Positions 18,582 through 27,666 of a stretch of 64,000 nucleotides of DNA are shown here, one piece after another (position 1 is the stretch's first letter; each line of letters begins with the position of its first letter). The stretch is taken from the NCBI GenBank assembly GCA_963594055.1, contig CAVBDE010000001.1, positions 10,729-74,728 on the forward strand, given 5' to 3'. A program made the translations under genes and the position numbers. The notes below the pieces were generated by a model. It was not told the origin of the DNA. It made no database searches and saw nothing but the letters and a program-made list of their open reading frames with translations. The stretch is from Anaerovoracaceae bacterium. GTDB taxonomy: Bacteria; Bacteroidota; Bacteroidia; Bacteroidales; UBA932.

Positions 18582-19289
18582 TTAATTGTTAAGGTAATAG
18601 GTGAGGTAGGTCACTACGCGGACCTTTTTGATCTGGGGGGTGTTGGAATCTCTGGACTCGATGCTGAAGGTGCCCTGCGTGGCGGTCTTGATCTTGCCTA
18701 TCCTGCTTCCGGAGTCGGATGCGAACTGCTCCGCCGCCAGGCGGGCATTGGCAGTGGCGTCGTGTATCATCTCCGGCTTGATGCCGTTAAGCCCTTCGAA
18801 GGAATAGCTGGCCGAGCAGTTGTCACCGTAGTCGCCGGATCCCAGCACGATGCCTTTTTTGAGCAGCTCGGTTACGCGCGAGTTGAGCTCGATCACGGCG
18901 TCCACATTGCCTGTACAGACGGTAAGGCAGCATTTGCCTATGTAGCGGACCTTGCGGTCGGAGTTCCACTCGCTGGCCAGCTTGTCGGAGATGGTAGGCA
19001 CGCTGATGGAGATCTCCTCGTCTTTGATTCCGCCCTTCTTGAGGAAATCGACGATGGCGGCGGTGTTCTTGTCCATATTGGCGGTGAGGTCGGTCAGAGA
19101 GTCGCTTCCGAGCCTGTATGTGATGGGCCAGATGGCCTTGTCTGCCTTTACCTCCTTCTCGCACAGACCCTTGACGGTGACGGTGCGGTCATATTCGCGG
19201 AAATTCTTGACTGCCACAGGAAGCATGATTCCGCACAGAACGATGGCGACGCTGAAAATGATCGTCCCTGTAAGTTTGTTTTTATCCAT
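18582..19289 (-). CDS. SIMPL (DUF541) domain protein with N-terminal membrane anchor
   Basis: Start MDKNKLTGTIIFSVAIVLCGIML at ATG 19289, 18 nt below a -7 box. The SIMPL-like pattern (VTVKGL...EVKADKAIW...) is my recollection of the family, not verified. Confidence 0.65.
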   Translation of the reverse strand: MDKNKLTGTIIFSVAIVLCGIMLPVAVKNFREYDRTVTVKGLCEKEVKADKAIWPITYRLGSDSLTDLTANMDKNTAAIVDFLKKGGIKDEEISISVPTISDKLASEWNSDRKVRYIGKCCLTVCTGNVDAVIELNSRVTELLKKGIVLGSGDYGDNCSASYSFEGLNGIKPEMIHDATANARLAAEQFASDSGSRIGKIKTATQGTFSIESRDSNTPQIKKVRVVTYLTYYLNN

Positions 19290-19307
19290 GGTGTAAATTT
19301 TAACGCA

Positions 19308-19315
19308 CAAAGCTA
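19308..19315 (-). promoter_or_regulatory. -7 box TAGCTTTG (SIMPL gene)
   Basis: TAnnTTTG match 18 nt upstream of ATG 19289. Confidence 0.4.
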
Positions 19316-19373
19316 TCAATATTCGGGCCCAAATGCGATAGTCCGCCGGCAGGGAAATATGCTAAAAAATAGT

Positions 19374-19381
19374 TATATTTG
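19374..19381 (+). promoter_or_regulatory. -7 box TATATTTG (alaS leader)
   Basis: TAnnTTTG match 75 nt upstream of the alaS ATG. Confidence 0.45.
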
Positions 19382-19456
19382 TGCGATTATGCCTTTCCGT
19401 GTCCGGACGATGCGGGAGAGCTCCCGAAAACGAGATAAAAAAGGAACTATTATATT

Positions 19457-22075
19457 ATGATGACATCCAAGGAAATCAGGCAGAAATTTCTCGATTTCTA
19501 CGCTTCAAAGGGTCACACCATCGTGCCGTCGGCACCTATGGTAGTAAAGGGCGACCCTACTCTTATGTTTACCAATGCGGGAATGAACCAGTTCAAGGAC
19601 ATCTTCCTGGGGAATACCAAGGCTCCGTACAAGCGCGCCGCGGACAGCCAGAAATGCCTTCGCGTGAGCGGAAAGCACAACGACCTGGAAGAGGTGGGCC
19701 ACGATACCTATCACCACACGATGTTCGAGATGCTCGGAAACTGGAGTTTCGGGGACTATTTCAAGACGGAGGCCATAGATATGGCGTGGGAGCTCCTCAC
19801 CGAGGTGTACGGGATAGACAAGAACCTTCTCTACGCCACCGTATTCGAGGGCAGCAAGGAGGACGGCACCGCGATGGACGAGGAGGCCAAGGCTGCCTGG
19901 CTCAAGCATATGCCTGAAGACCACATAGTTCTGGGCAACAAGCACGACAATTTCTGGGAGATGGGAGACACCGGTCCGTGCGGTCCGTGCTCCGAGATTC
20001 ACATAGACATACGCACCCCGGAAGAGAAGGCTTCGGGCGTTACCGGACGCGACCTGGTGAACCAGTCCGATCCTCACGTCATAGAGATCTGGAACATTGT
20101 GTTCATGCAGTATATGCGTATGGCCGACGGCCATCTGGAGAACCTTCCTGCGAAGAATATCGATACCGGCATGGGATTCGAGCGTCTCTGCTCCGTGCTT
20201 CAGGGCAAGAACAGCAATTACGATTCAGACGTGTTTACCGGGATGCTTGCCAGGATCGGCGAGCTCAGCGGCCACAAGTACGGCGAATCTGAGAAGACAG
20301 ACGTGGCTATGCGCGTGATCGCGGACCACATCCGCGCTATCTCGTTCTCCATCGCCGACGGCCAGCTGCCTTCCAACGTGAAGGCCGGCTACGTGATCCG
20401 CAGGATCCTTCGCCGCGCAGTGCGCTACGGATACACTTTCCTGGGTCTGACCGATCCGTTCCTCTGCAGGCTCGTGCCTCAGCTCATTGCCGATATGGGT
20501 GAAGCCTATCCTGAGCTGGTAAGCCAGCAGAAGCTCATCGAGTCCGTGATCCGCGAGGAAGAATTGGCATTCCTGCGCACTCTGGACAGGGGTATCAAGC
20601 TGCTGGACGACTATATGGCCAAGGCCGGCGAGAGCAGGATGATTTCCGGAGTGGATGCCTTTGTGCTGTACGACACCTACGGATTCCCTATAGACCTGAC
20701 TGAGCTTATCGCAGGCGAGAACGGCTACAAGGTGGATCTTGACGGCTTCAACGTGGAACTTCAGAAGCAGAAGGAGCGTGCGCGCAACGCCACTGCGAAC
20801 GAGTTCGGCGACTGGGTGGAATTCCATCCTGGCGAATGCGTGTTCGAGGGTTATGACCACACCACGCTGGAAGGCGTCAAGCTCCTCAAGCACAGGAAGG
20901 TGGTTCAGAAGAACAGGACTATGCTCCAGCTCGTGTTCGACCGCACTCCGTTCTACGGAGAGATGGGCGGCGAGGTCGGTGATACCGGATATATCGTGTC
21001 TGCCGACGGCGAGAAGATAAAGATACTCAACACTCTTCACGAGAACAACCTTATAGTGCACATCGCGGAGGCCGTTCCGCAGAACTGCGAGGGTGACTTT
21101 ACTCTGGTGGTGGACGAAAAGCGCCGCGGGAGGATAGCGAACAACCACTCCTGCACCCACCTTATGGACAATGCCTTAAGGGAAATTCTCGGCTCTCACG
21201 TGGAGCAGAAGGGCTCGTTTGTGAACGAGGAGGGTCTGCGTTTCGACTTCTCGCATTTCGAGAAGCTTACCGATGAGCAGATCCGCGCTGTGGAGGACAG
21301 GGTCAACGAGCTCATCCGCGCGGACATACATCTGGAGGAGAAGCGTGACGCCACTATGGAAGAGGCCAGGGCTATGGGGGCCATCGCCCTGTTCGGCGAG
21401 AAATACGGCGACAGGGTGCGCGTGGTCAAGTTCGGACCGAGCGTCGAGCTCTGCGGCGGTTGCCACACTTCCTCCACCGGCAGGATCGGCCTGTTCAAGA
21501 TAACCGGCGAGTCCGCCATCGCCGCAGGCGTGCGCCGTATAGAGGCCATCACCGGCCAGAGCACCGAAAGCTATGTGCGTTCTCTGCAGGATACCCTGAA
21601 GAGCGCCCGTGCGGCATTCAACAATACTCCGGACCTGGTGGGCGCCATTGGCAAGCTCCTCGAGGAAAATGCCCTGTACAAGAAGCAGGCTGAGGAATAC
21701 GCCAAACTCAAGGCACAGAACTACGCTTCCGAATTGGCCCTGAAAGCCGGGCAGAAGGGTGGAATCAACCTTATAACGCTTACCGAATGTGAGGATGCCG
21801 CGCTTCTCCGTGAGGCTGCGACCCTTCTTCAGAAGACATCCCAGGGCACTGCGCTCGTGGCAGCATACCAGATAGATGGCAAGCCGCAGCTGGCTCTTAT
21901 GTATTCGGCCGATCTGATCGCTGCAGGAAAGAATGCCGGCAAGGACATCCGCGAGGCTGCGAAATTCATCCTCGGAGGAGGTGGCGGACAGCCTGGACTC
22001 GCCACTGCGGGCGGCAAGAATGCCGAAGGTCTGGCGCAGGCGCTCAAGGCACTTGTGGAAATAGCGGAAAAGTAA
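19457..22075 (+). CDS. alaS: alanine--tRNA ligase
   Basis: [32 protein letters not shown], editing-domain HSCTHL and CGGCH motifs. 872 aa. Confidence 0.97.
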   Translation: MMTSKEIRQKFLDFYASKGHTIVPSAPMVVKGDPTLMFTNAGMNQFKDIFLGNTKAPYKRAADSQKCLRVSGKHNDLEEVGHDTYHHTMFEMLGNWSFGDYFKTEAIDMAWELLTEVYGIDKNLLYATVFEGSKEDGTAMDEEAKAAWLKHMPEDHIVLGNKHDNFWEMGDTGPCGPCSEIHIDIRTPEEKASGVTGRDLVNQSDPHVIEIWNIVFMQYMRMADGHLENLPAKNIDTGMGFERLCSVLQGKNSNYDSDVFTGMLARIGELSGHKYGESEKTDVAMRVIADHIRAISFSIADGQLPSNVKAGYVIRRILRRAVRYGYTFLGLTDPFLCRLVPQLIADMGEAYPELVSQQKLIESVIREEELAFLRTLDRGIKLLDDYMAKAGESRMISGVDAFVLYDTYGFPIDLTELIAGENGYKVDLDGFNVELQKQKERARNATANEFGDWVEFHPGECVFEGYDHTTLEGVKLLKHRKVVQKNRTMLQLVFDRTPFYGEMGGEVGDTGYIVSADGEKIKILNTLHENNLIVHIAEAVPQNCEGDFTLVVDEKRRGRIANNHSCTHLMDNALREILGSHVEQKGSFVNEEGLRFDFSHFEKLTDEQIRAVEDRVNELIRADIHLEEKRDATMEEARAMGAIALFGEKYGDRVRVVKFGPSVELCGGCHTSSTGRIGLFKITGESAIAAGVRRIEAITGQSTESYVRSLQDTLKSARAAFNNTPDLVGAIGKLLEENALYKKQAEEYAKLKAQNYASELALKAGQKGGINLITLTECEDAALLREAATLLQKTSQGTALVAAYQIDGKPQLALMYSADLIAAGKNAGKDIREAAKFILGGGGGQPGLATAGGKNAEGLAQALKALVEIAEK

Positions 22076-22076
22076 G

Positions 22077-24521
22077 GTGAAAAGGCTGGACAGGTTCATA
22101 CTCAAGGCTTTCATAGGACCGTTCGTAGCGGTCCTTCTGGTCGTGATATTCATCCTCGTCATGCAGTTCCTGTGGGTCTATATCGACGAACTGGTCGGTA
22201 AAGGCCTTGGCTTCAAGGTCATTATGGAATTCCTGATGTGGGGAACCTGTACCATTCTGCCTCTGGCGCTTCCGCTGGCCACGCTCCTGTCGTCGATGAT
22301 GACACTCGGGCAGATGACGGAGAACAACGAACTGATGGCCATCAAGGCGAGCGGCATTTCTCTGGTCAGGGTGATGGCCCCGCTTACCGTGGTGTCCTTT
22401 TTCATCGCCGTGGGCGCGTTCTTTATCGGCAACAACCTGGTGCCTAAGGCGTTCAATGAGATTTATACTCTTCGCGACGACATAGGCAGGACCAAGTCGG
22501 AGATCAAGATTCCGTCCGGGACCTTCTACGACGGCATAGAGAACTATGTCATCCGCGTGGAGGACCAGACCCCGGATGGGATGATGCATTCCGTTATGGT
22601 TTACGACCATACGAAGAAGAAGGGTAACATCTCCGTGACCATCGCCGATTCCGCCACGATGCGTCTCTCGAAGGCCAAGGATTACCTGATCTTCACGCTC
22701 TACAGCGGCATCAACTACCAGGAGGACAACACCCGCAAGGGCGGAACCTCGGAGCACCAGCTCCAGAAGATAGCCTTCGACAGGCAGCAGCTCATCATAT
22801 CGCTGTCCAATTACGCCTTCCAGAAGTCCGACGACGCGCGCTACGGTAACCAGATCAAGGCCCAGAAGCTCTCGTCCCTGGTGAATGAGCACGACTCGCT
22901 CACGACGGTGACCCGGAATGCGTACGAGAAGCACTACCGCGAGGTGGCCGGTGACAGGAACTATTTCACTTTCCGCCAGCAGCTTGACTCATCCGCCTTC
23001 GACACGTCGGCCAAAGAGGAGTTCCAGTCGGACGACTACATGAAATGGAAGACGCGCAAGGCCAAGATATCGGCTCTTGAGAAGGCCCGTGACAAGGCCA
23101 ACGTTATGGCCTCCGACATGACCAACTACGGCGGTGAGAACTATGTGGATCATTTCTACCTTCGCCGCTCGGACGTGGAGATTCTGCGCCGTTTCGCGCA
23201 GGCCCTCGCATGTTTCATACTTTTCTTCATCGGTGCGCCGTTGGGTGCCCTGATAGGAAAGGGCGGACTGGGAACGAGCGCCATCATATCGGTGCTGTTC
23301 TTCGTCCTTTACTGGGTAATAGACATTTCGGGAACGAAACTTGCCAATGACGGTGCGGTGGCTCCTTTCTGGGGTGCGTTCATATCGTCGATGGTGCTGT
23401 TCCCTATCGGTATGTATCTGTCCTGGAAGGCAGTGCACGATTCATCAATATTCAAGATGGGAAGTTTGAAAATACAGTTCAGAAGACTTGGAAGCAGGAT
23501 TTCTTCGCTTCTTCACAAGACGCGCATCGTCTATATGGGTACGCCTGAGTTTGCGGTCGCACCGCTGGACAGCCTGCTCCGTCACGGCTACAAGGTTGTG
23601 GGTGTGGTCACGGTGGCTGACAAGCCGAGCGGCAGGGGCCTCAAGGTGAACGAGAGCGCCGTCAAGAAATACGCTGTGGAGCACAACATACCCGTGCTTC
23701 AGCCGGTCAAGCTGAAGGATCCCGAGTTCCTGGAGCAGCTCCGCGCCCTCAAGGCCGACCTGTTCGTGGTAGTGGCCTTCAGAATGCTCCCTGAGCAGGT
23801 GTGGAAGATGCCTAAACTCGGCACGTTCAATCTTCATGCGGCCCTTCTTCCGCAGTACCGCGGCGCGGCCCCTATCAACTGGGCCGTCATCAACGGTGAG
23901 AGGATAACAGGTGCCACCACCTTTATGATAGACCAGAACATAGATACCGGCGGCATCATTCTCCGTCAGGAGTGTCGAATCAGTCCGGAAGACGACGCCG
24001 GCACCGTGCATGACAAGCTTATGGAGATAGGCTCCGACCTGGTGCTCCAGACCGTGGAAGGTATAATAGAGCACAATGTCGAGACCCGCGTGCAGCGCAG
24101 TTTCGTGCAGGGTAGCGAAGTGCTCAAGCCTGCACCGAAGCTTACCCCTGAACTTCAGAACATAGACTGGAACGACTCCACCGTCCAGATACATAACCTG
24201 GTACGCGGCCTCAGCCCGTATCCGACGGCCTGTACGATGATTCAGAAGGGCGAGGAGCAGCCTGTGCTGCTCAAGATCTTCGCCTCCCGTCCGGCGCAGT
24301 GCGAACCGGGCCTGGCTCCGGGCACAGTGATCTCCGACGGAAAGACTTCCCTGAAGATAGTCACGAACGACGGCGCGCTCGAACTGACCGACATACAGCT
24401 CAGCGGAAAGAAACGTATGAAGGTGGAGGATTTCCTGCGCGGATTCCGCGACGCGGACCGGTGGAAGGCTCTCTGCGGAACGTCCCGCGCCGAACTTGAA
24501 AGATTAAGGAACAAACAGTAA
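22077..24521 (+). CDS. fmt: single ORF: LptF/LptG-family permease (aa 1 to ~460) fused in frame to methionyl-tRNA formyltransferase (aa ~482-814)
   Basis: GTG start gives MKRLDRFILKAFIGPF. Layout is 3+3 TM helices around a ~240-aa soluble insert (YjgP/YjgQ pattern). This is followed by RIVYMGTPEFAV and NLHAALLPQYRGAAPINWAVING (Fmt). I translated 23400-23560 by hand and found no stop. Confidence 0.8.
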   Translation: MKRLDRFILKAFIGPFVAVLLVVIFILVMQFLWVYIDELVGKGLGFKVIMEFLMWGTCTILPLALPLATLLSSMMTLGQMTENNELMAIKASGISLVRVMAPLTVVSFFIAVGAFFIGNNLVPKAFNEIYTLRDDIGRTKSEIKIPSGTFYDGIENYVIRVEDQTPDGMMHSVMVYDHTKKKGNISVTIADSATMRLSKAKDYLIFTLYSGINYQEDNTRKGGTSEHQLQKIAFDRQQLIISLSNYAFQKSDDARYGNQIKAQKLSSLVNEHDSLTTVTRNAYEKHYREVAGDRNYFTFRQQLDSSAFDTSAKEEFQSDDYMKWKTRKAKISALEKARDKANVMASDMTNYGGENYVDHFYLRRSDVEILRRFAQALACFILFFIGAPLGALIGKGGLGTSAIISVLFFVLYWVIDISGTKLANDGAVAPFWGAFISSMVLFPIGMYLSWKAVHDSSIFKMGSLKIQFRRLGSRISSLLHKTRIVYMGTPEFAVAPLDSLLRHGYKVVGVVTVADKPSGRGLKVNESAVKKYAVEHNIPVLQPVKLKDPEFLEQLRALKADLFVVVAFRMLPEQVWKMPKLGTFNLHAALLPQYRGAAPINWAVINGERITGATTFMIDQNIDTGGIILRQECRISPEDDAGTVHDKLMEIGSDLVLQTVEGIIEHNVETRVQRSFVQGSEVLKPAPKLTPELQNIDWNDSTVQIHNLVRGLSPYPTACTMIQKGEEQPVLLKIFASRPAQCEPGLAPGTVISDGKTSLKIVTNDGALELTDIQLSGKKRMKVEDFLRGFRDADRWKALCGTSRAELERLRNKQ

Positions 24522-25507
24522 TGAAGCGGTTCAGCAAATACATATACAACCCGAAGACTCTCCTGTACGAGGTTCACGAGGATTCCAAGGCCACGATAGC
24601 GTTCAAGGTCATAGGCTTCGTGTTCACCGTGCTGGCATTCGCCACGTTCTATTTTCTGTTGTACACGAAGGTGTTCAATATGGATCTTCCTAAGACTGCG
24701 CGCCTTAAGAAGCAGAATGAGGAGTGGGTGGCCCGTTTCGAGGTGCTGAACCACAGTATGGATGCCGCCGAGAATTCACTGGACGGCATAGAGAAGAGGG
24801 ATGACGATGTGTACAGGTCCATCTTCGGCCTCTCCGAAGTTCCGGAAGAGGTGAAGAAGGCCGGTTTCGGAGGCGTGAACCGCTACGCCTATTTGGACGA
24901 ACTGGGCGGCTCATTCCTGCTGAAGCAGACGGTGAAGCGTCTGGACGTGCTCACAAAGCGCGCCTATGTGCAGAGCCAGGCCCTCGACGAGGTGTCCGTG
25001 GTGTCCAAGCACGTGGACAAGCTGGCTTCCTGCATGCCTTCCGTTTCGCCCATAAAGCCTGTCATCGGCAGCTACAGAATCTCAAGTCCGTTCGGATACA
25101 GGTATCACCCCATTCAGCACAAGCGCATTTTCCACGAAGGCGTGGATTTCGCGACCGGCAAGGTTGGCCCGGAGATCTACTGCACCGGAGACGGCGTGGT
25201 GGAGAAGATCAAATACAATTTCTTCGGCTACGGTAATGAAGTTGTCATCGACCACGGATTCGGTTACAAGACCAGGTACGCGCACATGCAGAAGATCACC
25301 GTGAACAGGGGGGATGTTCTGAAGCGCGGCCAGCTGATAGGCACCGTGGGCAATACCGGTGCATCCACCGGTCCGCATCTTCACTATGAGGTGATCTATC
25401 GCGGCAAGCAGGTGGACCCTATGCCGTTTATGGACCTCACGATGGGGGCGGACGAGTATGAAGCTATGATTCAGACTATAAGGAATCAGACGGAAGATAC
25501 GAAATGA
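24521..25507 (+). CDS. M23-family metallopeptidase, membrane-anchored
   Basis: TM helix near the N-terminus. HEGVD (HxxxD) and GPHLHYEV (HxH) motifs. TAATG overlap with the upstream stop. Confidence 0.9.
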   Translation: MKRFSKYIYNPKTLLYEVHEDSKATIAFKVIGFVFTVLAFATFYFLLYTKVFNMDLPKTARLKKQNEEWVARFEVLNHSMDAAENSLDGIEKRDDDVYRSIFGLSEVPEEVKKAGFGGVNRYAYLDELGGSFLLKQTVKRLDVLTKRAYVQSQALDEVSVVSKHVDKLASCMPSVSPIKPVIGSYRISSPFGYRYHPIQHKRIFHEGVDFATGKVGPEIYCTGDGVVEKIKYNFFGYGNEVVIDHGFGYKTRYAHMQKITVNRGDVLKRGQLIGTVGNTGASTGPHLHYEVIYRGKQVDPMPFMDLTMGADEYEAMIQTIRNQTEDTK

Positions 25508-26454
25508 GCGAGCACAGATACAGAATAGGCTCGGACTTCCTGTTCAAGGAATCTGACAAGCCGTGGCAGCGCGTCCTGCGGTTCCTGGGAATCGCGGCGG
25601 GAGTGGCGTTCGTGGTGGCTCTGGTTCTGTATGCCATATTCGCCCTCACGATAAACACCGATGTGGAAGGCCGTCTCAAGAGGGAGAACAAGATGTATGA
25701 AAAGCTTTACCCTCAGCTCCTTCCGCAGCAGAAACTGCTCGATGACGCCGTGTCGGGCCTGGAGATCAAGGACGGCGAGATCTATAAGGAAGTCTTCCAG
25801 TCCGACGCTCCGTCCGTGGACCCTATCCAGTCGCTGACCGTATTTGCCGGCGACACGGTCCAGAACACCAGCCTCATCGCATATGCTTCGGCCAAGTCCG
25901 ACACTATGTACCGCAGGATGTTCTCTGTGGAGGCCAATCTTCGCCACGCGCTGTCCATCGCCGCATCGACGGACCTCAGCGACCTGCCTCCGATGCATAT
26001 GCCGCTGAAGGACATATCGTTCACCCAGCTGGGCGCATCCATCGGCAGCCGCACGAACCCGGTGCTGAAGGCCAGGGTGCCGCACAACGGGCTGGACATC
26101 ATAGTGCCTGCGGGCACTCCGGTATATGCGCCGGCCGACGGAACGGTCAGGAGCATAGAGAAGAACAAGAAAGGGCAGGGGAACACCGTCACCATAGCTC
26201 ACGCCGGCGGATACACCACGCGCTATGCGCATCTGTCCACGATCTCGGTAAGGCAGGGCGCCCGCGTGAAGGAAGGCCAGAAGATCGCCACCGTCGGGAT
26301 GAGTGGATCGTCGTTCGCCCCGCATCTGCACTATGAGGTGACCAGGGACGGAAAATATCTGGATCCGGTGAATTTCTTCTTCGCGTCTGTGGATTTCCGC
26401 GAGTACGCGAACATGTTTTACATAGCTTCGTCAACGGAGCAGTCAATGGATTAA
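25504..26454 (+). CDS. M23-family metallopeptidase, second paralog
   Basis: TM helix, HNGLD and APHLHYEV motifs. ATGA overlap with the upstream gene. Confidence 0.9.
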   Translation: MSEHRYRIGSDFLFKESDKPWQRVLRFLGIAAGVAFVVALVLYAIFALTINTDVEGRLKRENKMYEKLYPQLLPQQKLLDDAVSGLEIKDGEIYKEVFQSDAPSVDPIQSLTVFAGDTVQNTSLIAYASAKSDTMYRRMFSVEANLRHALSIAASTDLSDLPPMHMPLKDISFTQLGASIGSRTNPVLKARVPHNGLDIIVPAGTPVYAPADGTVRSIEKNKKGQGNTVTIAHAGGYTTRYAHLSTISVRQGARVKEGQKIATVGMSGSSFAPHLHYEVTRDGKYLDPVNFFFASVDFREYANMFYIASSTEQSMD

Positions 26455-26460
26455 GAGCAT

Positions 26461-26784
26461 ATGGAAAAACTGTTTTATACCGTAGGAGAAGTCTCCGGGG
26501 AACTCGGGGAGCCGCAGAGCACCGTACGTTTCTGGAGCGACACGTTCGCATTCAAGGTGAAGCCGGCCCGCAACGCGAAGGGGAACAGGCTGTTCCATCC
26601 TGAAGACGTCCAGACCCTCAGGCAGATAAAGTATCTTCTCACCGTGGAGAAACTAACCCTGGACGGCGCGGCGAAAAGGCTGAGGGAAGACAGCGCGAAG
26701 ACGGACAAAAATATCCGCATAATTCAGAAACTGAAGGAAATAAAGGGCGAGCTTCTCGAAATCAAACATTATATAGAAAAATAG
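26461..26784 (+). CDS. small MerR-family HTH transcriptional regulator
   Basis: FYTVGEVSGELGEPQSTVRFW...NRLFHPEDVQTLRQIKYLL (MerR-type winged HTH) followed by a coiled-coil tail. Confidence 0.8.
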   Translation: MEKLFYTVGEVSGELGEPQSTVRFWSDTFAFKVKPARNAKGNRLFHPEDVQTLRQIKYLLTVEKLTLDGAAKRLREDSAKTDKNIRIIQKLKEIKGELLEIKHYIEK

Positions 26785-26796
26785 CGAACTTTTTTA

Positions 26797-26804
26797 TAAC
26801 TTTG
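26797..26804 (+). promoter_or_regulatory. -7 box TAACTTTG (Zn-ribbon/dnaB/rnf transcription unit)
   Basis: TAnnTTTG match in the 60-nt gap after the MerR gene, 40 nt upstream of ATG 26845. Confidence 0.45.
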
Positions 26805-26844
26805 CGACCCGCGAAACAGTCAGCGAAAATAACAATAATTAGAT

Positions 26845-27666
26845 ATGGCAGAAAAGGTTAAAATTAACAAGGTCGATACTCCGATTGACCAGAGAGAAAC
26901 ATTCGTTTCCCTTTCCAAGAACTTCTCTGAAGGCTCTCTTTCAGTAGAGGAGAAGCTTCAGGTTTTGTATGCCCTCCAGCAGGTGGACAACGAGATAGAC
27001 AAGCTCGAAAGCCTCTGCGGCGCGCTCCCTGAGGAGGTGGCTGCGATAGAGCAGGAGATTGCCTCCCTCAAGGCCAAGGTTGAGAACAACAAGGAACTCA
27101 TCGCCGGATACGAGGCCAATATAGACAGCTACAGGCAGGATATCGCCGATTTCGAGGCAGACATCGTCAAATACCGCGATCAGCTCGGAAACATCACGAA
27201 CAGCCGCGAGTTCGACTCCATCAACAAGGAGCTCGAGAACACCGGTCTCCAGAGGGACGTGGCCCAGAAGAAGATCAACGAGGTGCGTATGGCCATCTCC
27301 GAGAGGAAGGATGCCAATGACGCCATCGCAGACCGCATCGCCATCAGGGAGGAGGATCTCGCAGCGAAGAAGGAGGAGCTTGACACCATCGTCAAGTCAA
27401 CCGCAGACGAAGAGGCTGTCCTTCAGACCAAGAGAAAGGAAAGTGCAGACAAGCTCGACGAGCGCACGCTCAGCGCATACAACCGTATCCGCGCCAGCGT
27501 TCACAACCATCTGGCTGTCGTTACCGTATATGAGAATTCCTGCGGCGGATGCTTCAACGCCATCACTCCGCAGAAGCTTGTGGACATTGCTTCAGGTAAC
27601 AAGCTCGTCATCTGCGAGCACTGCGGCCGTATCCTGGTAAACCCTCTTGCACAAGCTGAAGAATAA
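26845..27666 (+). CDS. coiled-coil protein with C-terminal C4 zinc ribbon (COG1579-like)
   Basis: About 200 aa of heptad-rich sequence, then CGGCFNAI...(x19)...CEHCGRILV. A -7 box lies about 40 nt upstream. Confidence 0.75.
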   Translation: MAEKVKINKVDTPIDQRETFVSLSKNFSEGSLSVEEKLQVLYALQQVDNEIDKLESLCGALPEEVAAIEQEIASLKAKVENNKELIAGYEANIDSYRQDIADFEADIVKYRDQLGNITNSREFDSINKELENTGLQRDVAQKKINEVRMAISERKDANDAIADRIAIREEDLAAKKEELDTIVKSTADEEAVLQTKRKESADKLDERTLSAYNRIRASVHNHLAVVTVYENSCGGCFNAITPQKLVDIASGNKLVICEHCGRILVNPLAQAEE

